A DNA stretch of 64,000 nucleotides from Monocercomonoides exilis PA203. Taxonomy: Eukaryota; Protista; Preaxostyla. The translations under genes and the position numbers were made by a program. The stretch lies in contig LSRY02000025.1 in assembly GCA_001643675.2 (NCBI GenBank), positions 930,001 through 994,000 of the forward strand, read 5' to 3'. The notes under the pieces were generated by a model that saw only the letters and a program-made list of their open reading frames with translations, was not told the origin of the DNA and made no database searches. Each line of letters starts with the position of its first letter. Position 1 is the stretch's first letter. This document shows, piece by piece, positions 53,501 to 63,720 of the stretch.

Positions 53501-55268
53501 TTGTCATCGATGTTCCAGATCCGCTTCCAATAACATTTGAAGATCCAATATCAATTTGGCCTGAAGGAAATAATCCTTCTTTTATCTCAAAACTCATCGA
53601 TTCTAATTTGGCTCTTTCTGTTCCTTTTTTCATTGTCAGACAATTGAATTCGTCAAAGTCACTTCGCCCACAATTATCCCAATCGTAACCATTTGCTGCA
53701 ATTATAATCTTATTGTTATTGTTTGGTGGATCAATAACATAATGCAAGGTCTCTTCGGCAGATGCCCAGGCGAATTTAGTTCTTGGTTGAGCACTTATTG
53801 AAAGGACATTTGTAGTCACCAAATTCAATTTCCCTTTCCAACTAATATCTGCTTGAATGTCATTTCCGTCACCAGCTGTGTTATTCACAAAAATGCAATC
53901 AGTTAATGTTGCAATAATATTAAAAACTTGACTATGGTCAAACTTAATTGCTCCTCCATACGTTTCTGCTCTGTTTGAATGAAACACACACGATGCTATT
54001 GAAAAATCATGCTCCATTGTTAGACAATTTATTGCACCAGCAAATCTTTTCAAAACTTTGTTTAAAAAGAAATTGCACTCTTTGAGAACGCATGATGATT
54101 GCTTGTAAATTTCAACAGCTCCTACACAATCTTCTGAAGAACACTGTGAAAAATTACAAAAAGATAGTTCTAGCGGTCCAACGCCTCTTATGTCAAATGC
54201 ACCAGATGCATATTTAACGGAACATTTTCGAAAAACGCAGCTCATGCATGTCCACTTTCCAGATCCTTCATTTCTGATTGCAGCTGCTCTGGAATCAGAG
54301 TGTGAAAGAGAACAATTTTCAAATAAACACCTTTCAGTCGCGAGGGATGCATCTCCAGTTAGATAAATTGCTCCCCCGTTCAGTATTTCTGCGCTTTGAA
54401 ACGAAAAAGTTGTGTCAGTGAATTTCTTTGATCCTGTACTGAATTCAGTTCTTGTTGTAACTGCCTCACAGCTCAAAAATGACGAATTGCAACAGATAAA
54501 TGCACTTGTGGCTCCGTCAACAATACACCCCAAATATGGATTCTGAACAGAAATACAATTCACAGAATCCAATTCACAACTCTTATCTGGATTCAAATAA
54601 GAAAAAGATGGGCAAGATTTCACATTGACTTTTTTCTGAGAAACATTTAAAAAGGAGCATTCGCTGATTGTGACGGAAGACAAGGGTAACAGTTGAACAA
54701 ATGGTGTTGGTCCTTGAACAAAAGATGAGAATTCTGAATTGTGAACTTCTGCATCAACTTCATCAATCCGGTCTATGCTTTTGGATGGACCTTTAACAAG
54801 GCTTGTCATTGTCTTCACATTCTTTGAAAAGTGAAGCGAAATATTCCAAAACGAAATCGAACCGCATTCCCACCAAAACAAACCATCCTTTTCGTTTCCT
54901 GTAAACTTCAGCAAGCATGAACATATTTGAAGCGAAGAGTTGGACTTTAAAGAAATCAAATAGCTGCCCTCTTTCTGCTGAAGAACAAGTTGTCGAATGC
55001 AAATTGAAGTATTACAAGTGTTAATTTCAGATTGAATCTTCGTAAAAAATTCATTTTTCATCTCGTAATTAAGAAAAATGGAAAATGAATGCTTTTGAGG
55101 AGAAAAATTCATATTATCTATGCGTCTCTGCAAAACATCAAAAGAAAGGATTTTGTTTGACGAATGATGGAAAATCTTCTCATCTGAATAAAAATCAAAA
55201 TTGTTTCCTTCTGACATAAATTCGGATATTGCAGAGAGAAATAACAAAAAAACTCCATATAGAATCAT
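47598..55268 (-). CDS. Giant intronless type I receptor-like protein: repeated beta-helix-like ectodomain, TM, and a degenerate TKL/tyrosine-kinase-like C-lobe (pseudokinase)
   Basis: 2,588-aa ORF with likely start MILYGVFLLFLSAISE at 55268. GGAI/FxxN motifs, four G.D...CG....(P)C repeats, TM WWILVVIVMAIVLFVVLMIAVISTV, and RWKAPEL, FSIGMMLWECLTLQIPF, RPSL. No GxGxxG, VAIK, HRD or DFG found. Confidence 0.9.
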   Translation of the reverse strand: MILYGVFLLFLSAISEFMSEGNNFDFYSDEKIFHHSSNKILSFDVLQRRIDNMNFSPQKHSFSIFLNYEMKNEFFTKIQSEINTCNTSICIRQLVLQQKEGSYLISLKSNSSLQICSCLLKFTGNEKDGLFWWECGSISFWNISLHFSKNVKTMTSLVKGPSKSIDRIDEVDAEVHNSEFSSFVQGPTPFVQLLPLSSVTISECSFLNVSQKKVNVKSCPSFSYLNPDKSCELDSVNCISVQNPYLGCIVDGATSAFICCNSSFLSCEAVTTRTEFSTGSKKFTDTTFSFQSAEILNGGAIYLTGDASLATERCLFENCSLSHSDSRAAAIRNEGSGKWTCMSCVFRKCSVKYASGAFDIRGVGPLELSFCNFSQCSSEDCVGAVEIYKQSSCVLKECNFFLNKVLKRFAGAINCLTMEHDFSIASCVFHSNRAETYGGAIKFDHSQVFNIIATLTDCIFVNNTAGDGNDIQADISWKGKLNLVTTNVLSISAQPRTKFAWASAEETLHYVIDPPNNNNKIIIAANGYDWDNCGRSDFDEFNCLTMKKGTERAKLESMSFEIKEGLFPSGQIDIGSSNVIGSGSGTSMTSIKSEMKSGEEALFRISSGRLQASEMKFIHDGSNECCRSSSLFLMSESSGILVLSSCQITCETSSAEQFFSKPFISSEKGKVTLDLCHIEGCQSLNAFITKQCGNLVVNDTCISTMTRQSGNGGAMEVILVDDIEFIVKNVSLKQCKVRTTNENGGGIYLVLCKNSTSNFQLDSVNVSGNDAKWGKDMFIQCVDLNGSVTTSRIVNIKNDDGDKLDFFGIDSTVFLDAPVNLSYFFLRRQSLEIEISQSGKDYSGCGDDAFPCNSFWRGYKNLAIDSTNEKKELRIDGSTIVQDQFILSCLMIRSKQDEETAKLEFQSIVETGSSDVMLLNENNLEFNRICFNIPSIFSVSISSLISSADKENSNLVLKNCSFENNTKDDITFSLLLVLGGSLKVEKCTVSQMAFGSSPAIISDKALADLGMFSFSSVKLTSCTLISIVSEGTNNNHASENEEAQSLTLSSCSFEGITSSSSNMACILSSTIDTPVLINQCSFMTISSKDSNDGGAVGISIQEKGALTENKTETSRCECESDASGRGGFLFLNCVDNANMIKFEDLHFINNMAAIGKDMFIVCSDLTDLVNSTSFSFAMDIEHSERMNSLMGFDRTHFSNTEDLFIFVTGYFNETIHVDGERGINSIACGKPNFPCSSLNFGLNRTQGEGSKNILISGGSSLLEEVSMDNVTVKSEQENSSSRVVVNETLANSVGVAIYASLVSFSSINFSLPPIFTNLQKALMETMDSESCLSISECSFNLQSEELLSFILLSVKNGDLNLYSCSFENLQISKPFIEFHQSSDSAGGTLTIEHCLFGSVTQSVNSACILITTMVNDANTMLSNSSLIVCAADTSDYGGALHVKMEEGGRFEINDTKISSCSAIAGKGGGVFLNCLSKENKMISFHFKNITLSNNKALMGRDVFVKCFSISKQISEEQFDLDFREPPYDRFNAIWGVDETLPIEDVDLIPLIVVYRSELIFVCGVNDEGNDVKPCGNSTTPCKSLSYGLTHIVSSIYSQLLIDRECDILQTCTANSVTIKSLNPSTHAVVHLRTEISESQRSVCILESVGTVKFEYVSFLFQYGFVATCKSIFIQMNGSLVVVSCLFSSADQRICINQSLFTIASGSFDMSRTSVKHMITSRPLFEPRSSCIAQLQSVGFDELTLGSSLIDACEGSNLIIKEINTSDITVKNSSLISIKEQSISKMNEENLESSIMIIHSNVSGIKRMTSGACLLSSSSPIPTLCRISNCSFANQTSSSTNTQIIDMSNNVSIESSFFEGYQNDANISNNPAFEDACHWNGSLIYLFNSTSHLKDTIITNCAEGGITIDRGNVDITMGMFVNNTPSLPQYPSARRNVVCTSSAVVDVVSLKGGDGWKDNSSLWILNEGCTLKGLASDRPSALFVPELREVQMEVKGTQAELRFVGELLLPCNLSCQLVRSLRSEQHIERHEFGDDGFVDEHEAWCAILSSEIEPEAEAEEESEEVSVCLLFGNADSPSSTQSFILKNRSEPEQKGDERIVEGGNEKKLWWILVVIVMAIVLFVVLMIAVISTVRWRKVKNEAEDLREIVNDNIRKDPKAFEMVTMEMSPEEQWRRAERDAEKKNEEGIKKRVYEKSLGHSESSEHLLSESGSTEYILGRDSDKIPEWALEKDEEEETRKRSPSPSISSTSTTDSDSTFVRGEDLCPTTSSMSNLVDAMACSSPHEKLIVDLRDSLFMLLHGRNEKKEMAIGSLQQREQTAAQILFWVANGALHSFEEMENPLQSLSNLSPHIVLFSEHMVICIVMHSDLLSDDDSDSSSVSSSTVVTSASDDNESDSLPSSAFEDEDDFRKECLRWKAPELLINKKMGATKESVSFSIGMMLWECLTLQIPFGEYEAEVAGQKIANGERPALEAVQCSSFFVLVKSCVSQSPGARPSLVQLKREFIGRFPPGAAVLTLTDAADLEDSTGGHRQGTTSLAFSASSTANEAQPTVNTKN

Positions 55269-55688
55269 TTGAAAATAGTCAATGGAAAACAAAAAAAGGG
55301 AAAGCCCAAAAGTTAAAAAAATGATAATTTGTTTAACCATCTCAATAATGAACATATCGTTCAATCAAAACAAGTTCACAAACCTTGCAAAAAATTGATA
55401 AATGCAATTATGAAAACCCCAAATAGATTGCTTATGCATATTCATCAAGCAGCTTAAATAAATCGGCTGAACAATTCATTAATGAATTTTTTATGATTTG
55501 TATTATTGTCGGAAAACCTCAAAAATTTTTTAAATATCAAAGAATAAAAATGATAAAGTTAAATGAAATGATAATAAATGAAATAAAAATCAATAAATAT
55601 TTCGCTGACATGTAAAAAAACTTTCATTCTATCTGGAGAATAATCCAAACTTCTTATCTGCTTCAATATGTACTGATTGAATCTCTTA

Positions 55689-56327
55689 CACCAAAAATTA
55701 TTCAAGATCGAAAAACTTTAATTCAAAATCGAAAATGTTTAATTTAACATCGAAAAAGAAGATAATTTGTTCGAAATTTCAATTCAAGTCAAAACAAAGG
55801 GAAAAAATTTGATACAAATGCAAATCATAACAAATGTTTATTTATTGGTAATGTTTATCTTTCGTTTTAAACGACTGTTTTCTATTATAAAGACTGATAT
55901 CCATTGAACATTTTCTCATTTTGAAGATTGAAAATATTTTATTTTTTCAGCATCAATGCAACTGATGAAATCGAAAACATTTCGTTTCAAAAAAATGAGA
56001 TAAATTTCTGCCTTTTTGTGCACAAAACAAGATCATGAACTATCCTATCTCTTTTATTTATTTCTTTTATTCCTTATTATCTCCTGAACACATGTGAAGA
56101 GTTTAATAATAATTCAGTTTTATCCTATTTACACATTTTCACACAATCAAACGCAAAAAAACATCAAAAAATAATTTTCAAATTGAAATTGACAAATTTC
56201 TCAGATCAATAACTGAAAGAAAAGAAACAGACATGAGTTTGAATTTAGAAATTATTTTCAAATTTTTTGTTGATATAGAATTTTCGATGTTGAATTAAAT
56301 ATTTTCGATTTTGAATAATTTTTGGTG
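55689..56327. mobile_element. MITE (639 bp), Tc1/mariner-type, flanked by TA
   Basis: TA|CACCAAAAATTATTCAA ... TTGAATAATTTTTGGTG|TA, a perfect 17-bp TIR with subterminal TCGAAAA repeats; no ORF. Confidence 0.85.
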
Positions 56328-57123
56328 TATGCAACGAAATTGTCAATTCATGTCTTCTCCGTTTCACTGCTTTTTTCAAACAGCTGAGGAATGATGATCG
56401 CTTTGTGCTAATGGAAAAATAATTATCAAAATTGCTTTCAGTGGAATTAATTCATCTTTGAAATCTTTGAACTTATTGTTGTTGAAGAATTCATTCTGTA
56501 TTTTAACGTTATTTTCTATTCTTCGTAATCTATTTACCAATTATTTTTTTAATTTGATTGAATCAGTGAAACGTGTTTGTGATCATTGAAAATCCAATCA
56601 GCTTCAAATGATCCATTTTATTGAACAAAGCCTATGCATTCCAATTAAGAAGGAGTTTCAATTTTGATTTCTTCCTTTTTCCTCTTCTTTTGAAAAAGAG
56701 GGAAAGAGTCTTTTCTGTTCTCTTATTCGAATTACATAATGAGTAGTATTTTTAACATTTCATCAGTTTTGCATTTTGACTTTCAATTTCTGAGGAACAT
56801 GAAAAAAGATAGAAAAGTAAAGAAAAGAAAGAAAAAGAAAACCAGTTCCCCAAAAGAATGAACATTTTTTAATCATTCCATTTTTATCAGGCTTTTCTCT
56901 ATTTCTCATTTTTTTTGTAACAAATAATTCCTCATATTTTTATTTCTTTCAAATTCTTCCTCAATCACAAATTTACCAAAAATTATTCGAACAATCAAAA
57001 TTTTCAAATTTCCTCCAACAACTCAAAAGACCAAAATCAATCGTTTTGCTCATGCATTCACTTTTGTTGACAAACTATTTTCGGTGTTTTCATCCACAAT
57101 TCATTTTCTTATCTCAACTTATA

Positions 57124-57751
57124 CACCAAAAATTATTCAAAGTCGAAAAACTTTCAGTCAAAGTCGAAAGTTCGAAATTTTTCAAATTTTCAAAAAATTG
57201 ACAAAAATCAATAAAAGTCAAAAAGACATTTTTTTGCTGAAATATCAATGATATTTGTAATTATAATGATTTTTCATCATATTAACGATTATTTTTTTTG
57301 CTTTCTTTTGACCAATCACAAATTTTAAATTATGAGATAAATTCGGACATAATTTTATTTCATTTCAATTAAAAGCACTCTTCTTCACAAAAAATTTTCT
57401 ATAGAAAATTTTTATTTTTTTTCCTATTTTATGTGGAATGAAGATTACATTATTGACTCTCAAATTTAATGTTTTTTTCATCACAAACAACTCATTTCTT
57501 ATTGAAAGAAACAAATGCTTGAAGTTTTGTTACGAATTAATTTTTGTGTTTATTATTGGTAGTGAATGCATTGCAGTTTTCTGCAAATTTTGTTGATTTC
57601 AAACAAAAATATTCACAAAACCAAAAGAACTATATTTTTTTTCAATTGAATTTTCCCTTTGAAACGTTTATATTTTAGTTAAAATTTAGATTTTGGTTGA
57701 ATCATTTTCGACTTTGAATGAAAGTTTTCCGACTTTGAATTATTTTTGGTG
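57124..57751. mobile_element. MITE (628 bp), same family, flanked by TA
   Basis: TA|CACCAAAAATTATTCAAAGTCGAAAAACTTTCAGTCAAAGTCGAAA ... TTTCGACTTTGAATGAAAGTTTTCCGACTTTGAATTATTTTTGGTG|TA, an imperfect TIR of ~45 bp. Confidence 0.88.
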
Positions 57752-58246
57752 TAAATGTTGCAGAAAATAAATCTTTTCCAAGATTTGTTTGATATGACTA
57801 ATGAAATGTTTCATAAATGAATAATTCGTCTGAAATGAATTTCAATTTGTTTTTTTCTGAAAATCATATGAATTCATTCAATCGCACGTTTTTTTATTTT
57901 TTATTTTTTATTTTTTTTAATTTTCATAAAAACAATAATCATAACAAAAAGCATTTTTTTTGACATGACGATCTTCCACAAATAAAATTTCTCTTTATAA
58001 TTTTCTTTTTCCTTTTTTTCCTTGTTTTTAAAACAATAACAGTTTAATGGAAAAATGTTAAAGATAAAAAAATCATTTTTATTTATTTCAAACATATTTA
58101 TAAAATCTTTTATATGCAAAGTTGTGCATAATATATTTTGATCCTGATTATACAAAGAACGAATTGAACGATGATCACAAAAATGACACAAATCGATCGA
58201 TATGTAACATATATTTTAATTTTGTTTATTGCTTTTTCAGAGGTGA

Positions 58247-59824
58247 ATGTCATCAGATAAATTGACTCCATTGCAGATATTGCATGGATTAGGAATTGAA
58301 AAACCTCCAGAGTCGACAATGCTTCAAAAACATATGATTTGCATTCTTCGTCGATCTGCAATCATTTTAACTTTTATTCACAAAAAAAGTGAAATAGAAG
58401 ATTTCGAAAAAATTTTATCAGAACGTTTGGAGATTAGTAAAATAGAAGCACATCAGGCTATTGAATCAATGATTAAGCGTGGAAGTCTGTCTTTTTTCTT
58501 TTTGATTGGTGAAAATGTTTCTGAATATTTGTTTTTTTTTACTTGTTAAACATCAGCCACTCAGCCGAAAAAATCGATAGTACCACTACCTGATTGTTTG
58601 AAGCAAAAAGTTTGTCCAAAAGATGTACACAACAAAGAAATTGAATTGAAATCCGTTCGAAAAGACATTTATGAAAAGGATGAAAAGTTTCATAAAAAAG
58701 AATCAAAGGAAAAATCAAAGGAAAAGAAAACGGAAACGAATTCTGACACAGAAACTTCCAGCGATGATTCAACAGACACTGATTCCGAGTCTTCTTCAAA
58801 TGATGAATCATCCGATTCTGATGACTCTTCTGATAGTAAATCAAGTTCTGAAGGAAAATCAGATTCAGAAGATGAAAGCGAATCTTCTTCTAGTTCATCG
58901 GAGTCAGTTAAGAAAGCAAAGAAAAAGAAACTTCGAGGAAGTGTGCAACTGAATGAGATTTTTTAAAAAACACATTTTTTTAAATTAATTATTTTTGTTT
59001 TTGTTTTTTGTTTTTGGAATCTGTTTATTGCTATTATTATTTAGAAGTAGAAACTGTTTGGGCCCCACCATGCTATTCTTATGCGACTGTTAACAAAACT
59101 GTTGCAACATGGCCAGATACACTTGGATGCATGGTACTGACAAAAAAAGTCATAAAGAAAGGAATCTGGCACATAGAGCTTGAAATGAAGAATGTTGTAT
59201 CTGATGGCTGGACTCCGACCGTTGGGATTTGTAGGTCTCCATGGCCTTTAGCAACAACTGGTGTGATTTACCTTCAGAAAATTTGATGACTGACTATTTA
59301 GAAATTATTGTTTTTTTTTTTTTTTATTTTTTCGTTTTCTGTGCAATTTTTCTTAATCGCAACGAAATATCTCGTTTTTTTTTAACTTAATATTTTTGCT
59401 CTCGCATATTTCATTCGCTCTATTTCTCATTTGTTCGTAAATAAAAAATATGTTTTCCTTTTTGCATATGCTCTCAAATGCCAAAGATGAATGCTTTGGA
59501 TACGATCCTGACTCCTGTTCTTATTTTTCAACAGGATATTTATATTTGCGAGGCGCAACAACTCCAGGAAACGTTAGCTGGTCTCAGTCTCAGCAGATTG
59601 GAATGGAAGTGGATATGAAGAAAGGGAAGAAAGGCACTCGAAGACTGATTTTCTTTGTTGATGGCAAGAGGCAGAAAGCATTCTTTACGAATATACCACA
59701 GTGCATACAGTTTGGAGTTGGAATAGGAGATACAGGCGCCACATGCAAAATTGTGATGATGAAGCAAATGAAGAAATCAATGTATAAGAAGTCTAAAGAC
59801 GATATTAATGTTCCTTATAGCTAA
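58247..59824 (+). CDS. Protein with a Ser/Asp/Lys-rich linker and a C-terminal B30.2/SPRY-like domain, multi-exon
   Basis: IKKGIWHIELEM, PTVGI, FGYDPDSCSYFSTG, GNVSWSQSQQIGMEVDM, LIFFVDGKRQ, IPQCIQFGV. Exact splice sites not all resolved. Confidence 0.7.
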
Positions 59825-60931
59825 ATTCAATACTCAATAGCTAATGAGTTGTAGTAAAGAGGTTAATTTGAATATTTCTTCAACGTGAAAATGCTATTAA
59901 GTTTTGTGACAATTGTAACAATCTCTGTAATAATTTTTTAAACATGTTTTGTTGATTTCTTCTTGCTCATGTGGATGAATTGAGCAATGTTACTTGTGAG
60001 GCATTGAGTGAAGAGGGCGCCTGTTTAATGAAATCCAATTATCTTTTTGGATGCATCCATCCATTTCAAATTGGAGTTTATCATTGTGATTTTTTTTATA
60101 AAGCAGTTTTTTTTTTCTCAAATATGTTTTTGTTTCCTCTTTTAAATGCTGCAAGCAGCTTCATACATAACTCTCATGAACAAACAAAAGCCAATAAAAC
60201 AATCATTCAGCTCAGAGAGTGTTGAAAATGATTCTTTAATTAAAAATTACAAAAGAAGTCATCGTGCAAATGAACAAAGTAATGACCTCAAAAAGACAAG
60301 AGAAAGAGAGTTTGCTCTCTATCAAAAAAGTGAAAGGGGGAAAAAATGATGAGGAAACAGGTTATATCAACGAGCGAAAAAATAGAAAGAAAGAAATAAT
60401 AAGAAAAAAACAGAGAATTGGAAGAGTTAGGAAATGAGAAAATATATATATATATATGTTTCTACCAATTCAATCAAGATTTATCAAAGATAAAACGAGT
60501 TAAATGATTTATGTGACGTGAAAATAAAAAAAAAAAAATAGAAATTGAAAGAATACATAAGAAAATAACAATCTAAAAAATAGAAAATAAAAATTTCGCA
60601 CATGATACAATAAAAATAAGACCTTTCGCCTTCAAAGCAAAAACAACATAGAAGTCGCATTGCATAAAACAAGCTGGCTGAGAAAAGCAATCCGAGAGCC
60701 AACTGGATTATAAAATGTTCATTCTTCTTGTTAAATTTTTGCCTTTTAGGAGACAAAATCATGAAAAACTCTCTTTGAATGCATTGAATGAAATAAATCT
60801 TTCAATCTAACTTTATTGAAATCGACGTTCCCTTTCTATTCTTCGATTAGTTGAGCATCTTCTTTCTCTTCCTTCCTTTTTTTCCTCCATTCTCTTTGAA
60901 TCAGAGAATTGCGTTCAAAATATAGCACTGG

Positions 60932-62719
60932 TTAATTGATAGAGGAATAATTCTTCCTTCTTCTGCGCATAACCATGCATATCACAAGGACCGAAACAAC
61001 AACAGCAGCAACGAATGTCACGGAGCAAACAACGCAAACAATCAAAACTGTGTAGTTCTTTTTTTCTTTCCCGGGTGCTTCTTTGTTAGCTGGAAATGAC
61101 ATGTGAATCCAGTCCCAGTTCATGGAAGTCGGAACGCCTTCGTGCAAAAATGGCACTTCTTTCTCCAAAGCTTCAATGTCAAGAGGTGGCAGTCCGTGGC
61201 TCCTTGTCGGTCCAGCCACACTCACAAACTGCAGTTCCTTTATCATCTCAGAAGTTGTTATCTTTGCATCAAGTGCCCCCATTGCTTCTTTTTTCAAATT
61301 TTTACCATCTCTCAGATCATAACGAGATGCAATTGAAGCGGCGGGATCAGCTCCAAATTTCGGATGCTTTGATTCTTCATCATTTTGATAATTGTTATAG
61401 CGCATCACTTCCTCCATCGATTTAGCATCGGTTACTGTGTTTTGAATCTTTGCAAACACATTGTAGCGGCTGCAATTGTGCCCCAACGAAAACCATGCAT
61501 CAGGGTTTTTTTCTACAAATTCTTTATATCCAAGTTTCTCAAAGACTTTGTCTGTAAATGGAACATTAAACATGGGGAAATAGCCTTTTTCATTTACAAT
61601 ATCAGTGATGTCCATCTGTTCAAAAGACAAAGGATATAGTTCAACCAGCATGACCGTTTTCGGTTGTAATTTGTCTTTATTTGGTTCAAATAAGTTGTAG
61701 TCTACAATGGCATACTGATCGTTGTATGTTCCTGTTGGATATTTTGTAACAGTGTTGATCCAATCCGTTCCATTGGTCGACATTATGTTTGCAATCATCA
61801 CCCTCATCCACGATGGTAAGCCTTGATCTGTTATGTCGTCAAGAGCTTTATCATCAACAGCAGAAATAGTTGTTTCAGTTATGCCAAGGCCTTGACTCGT
61901 CACATAAAAATCATCCATAGAAACTAGAACACCAGGATAACTCGAAAATGAAACATTTACCAATTTCTGATCCGGCGTTACAAAGTGATATGTTTTTCGT
62001 ACTCGGAGAAGTGCTCCATAAGTATACCAAGTGTTGTGTCCAAGAAACAATTCATCACGCTTTTCGGTTAATTTAATTAAAGCGGAGCAACGGCCTTGTC
62101 GAAGAATTCGATCGGCTTTCTCATCGGGCGTTTCTCCTTCATGTTTGATATATTTTTGTATAACATCAATTAGATCACCTGTACACATAAGAAACCAAAG
62201 ATCTGATTGTGTTCGTGATTCTTCATCATCCTTGTTGTAATTCCATCCATCAAGCAAGCCTAGGAATTGGCAGAAAAGCATTTCTACATGCTGAACATAA
62301 GGATCATTCGCCAATTCTTCGTTTTGAATAAGATCCTTAATATAATTGAGATTTCCTGCAATCCAATCATAAACTTCATCAGGTATATTTTGCTCAGGAC
62401 TTTGTTTCTTCAGAAAATCCATAACATTATTATAATAAGCATCAATTCGGGACTGCATAATATATCCTTCCAGTTTCCCTGCCATTTTCATAACTTTTTG
62501 CGCATAAGAAGTTTGATTAATATAAATTTCGAGTTTGTCCCATCCTTCTGTTTCCAAAGAGGCTACGTATTTACAGGTAACTTGGGAAAATGGACGAACT
62601 CCCTCATAGATTTGATAAGCTTGGTTTTCATCCATTTCATCAATCACTCGCCCAGAAAACCATTTTGTCTCTGGTTCGGCCATAAGGTTCAAAGTTAAAG
62701 CAAGCAAAATTTTGAACAT
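60932..62719 (-). CDS. Phospholipase B-like protein (PLBD/LAMA family, Ntn hydrolase) with a C-terminal TM anchor
   Basis: GWDKLEI, AGKLEGY, GRCSALIK, GHNTW, FSSYPG..SMDDFY, TETT, GTYNDQY, MRYNNY, IASRYDL, GALDAKIT; TM followed by RRRRKNYSSIN. Confidence 0.93.
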   Translation of the reverse strand: MFKILLALTLNLMAEPETKWFSGRVIDEMDENQAYQIYEGVRPFSQVTCKYVASLETEGWDKLEIYINQTSYAQKVMKMAGKLEGYIMQSRIDAYYNNVMDFLKKQSPEQNIPDEVYDWIAGNLNYIKDLIQNEELANDPYVQHVEMLFCQFLGLLDGWNYNKDDEESRTQSDLWFLMCTGDLIDVIQKYIKHEGETPDEKADRILRQGRCSALIKLTEKRDELFLGHNTWYTYGALLRVRKTYHFVTPDQKLVNVSFSSYPGVLVSMDDFYVTSQGLGITETTISAVDDKALDDITDQGLPSWMRVMIANIMSTNGTDWINTVTKYPTGTYNDQYAIVDYNLFEPNKDKLQPKTVMLVELYPLSFEQMDITDIVNEKGYFPMFNVPFTDKVFEKLGYKEFVEKNPDAWFSLGHNCSRYNVFAKIQNTVTDAKSMEEVMRYNNYQNDEESKHPKFGADPAASIASRYDLRDGKNLKKEAMGALDAKITTSEMIKELQFVSVAGPTRSHGLPPLDIEALEKEVPFLHEGVPTSMNWDWIHMSFPANKEAPGKEKKNYTVLIVCVVCSVTFVAAVVVSVLVICMVMRRRRKNYSSIN

Positions 62720-63097
62720 TGAAAGCTTGTAGCTGAAAAGAATTGATAGGATCGCAAACAGGAATTTTAACTTAGATAATGGGACATGGTTCGTTGATCT
62801 TCTTCTTCAATTATTAATTAAAGGTCCAGTTTCTTCTTAGAAAGTTTTTGTTAATAATGCTTAAAATTATTGATAACAAAACGTTTCAAGATGTTTAGAA
62901 ACAAGTTTAAAAATAAAATCATGAACATTTGATTTGATTAATTTTTTTTTTGAAGCTTATGGACATACGAGATATTTTACCTAGAGAGTGAGCGATTTTA
63001 GGAAAATGAACAAATTGCGAACAAGTTGTGGTTATAACGGAAAAGTCTTATCCTTGGATATTATTCTCACGATAACTATTGAAACCAATTCATTATA

Positions 63098-63720
63098 TGG
63101 AAGATTTTGTTGAATTGGATGAAGATCTTCTTTCGCAAGGCATATTGCAAATCGAAAAATCAACAATCAACTCCTCAGAAAGTTCAAATGAATCTTCATT
63201 TGAGGATGTTTCAGTTTTTAACAGACAATAAGTGCAACTCCAAATGAATAGAATTTGAAAAAACAGGAAAAGTTCCAAATCCACATTGCAATCGATTCAA
63301 TATCTGATGAAGCCAAAGAGTGCCAGAGAATAAATGGGAAGAAATGGCATAAAGATGATTTGATCAAAAAAGAAGATGAAGCGAATTGATTCCATCGAGA
63401 ATTTTGAAGGAAACTGTTTTGTGAAGAGATGGAAATCTGTTTTGTTGAAAAGGAACACGAAAGATTTAAAAATGACGAAAAGAAAAGAAAGAAATAAAAC
63501 AAAGGAATTTGTGTGATGCTTGGTTAAGCGAAAAGAAAAAAAGAAGAAAGCGATGTTGAAACAAATTTGCAGATGAGAAGTGCAGAAGAAGAGGAAAAGG
63601 AGAAACAAACCATGAAGAAACCATTTTCGAATGAAATGACTCGGAACAATGATGATTTTCTCAGAGCAAATATCATGAAAAATTATATTTCATTTGCATC
63701 AATGAAACAAAGACTATAGA
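63098..63720 (+). pseudogene. Decayed Glu/Lys-rich coding remnant
   Basis: MEDFVELDEDLLSQG... continues with codon-like bias through several TAA/TGA stops and at least one frameshift. Confidence 0.4.

Noticed and set aside
59830-59895. SECIS-like hairpin (ATGA-GTTG...CAAC-GTGA) after the SPRY gene
   Set aside because: The stem is weak and the 3' GA is out of register for the non-Watson-Crick quartet.
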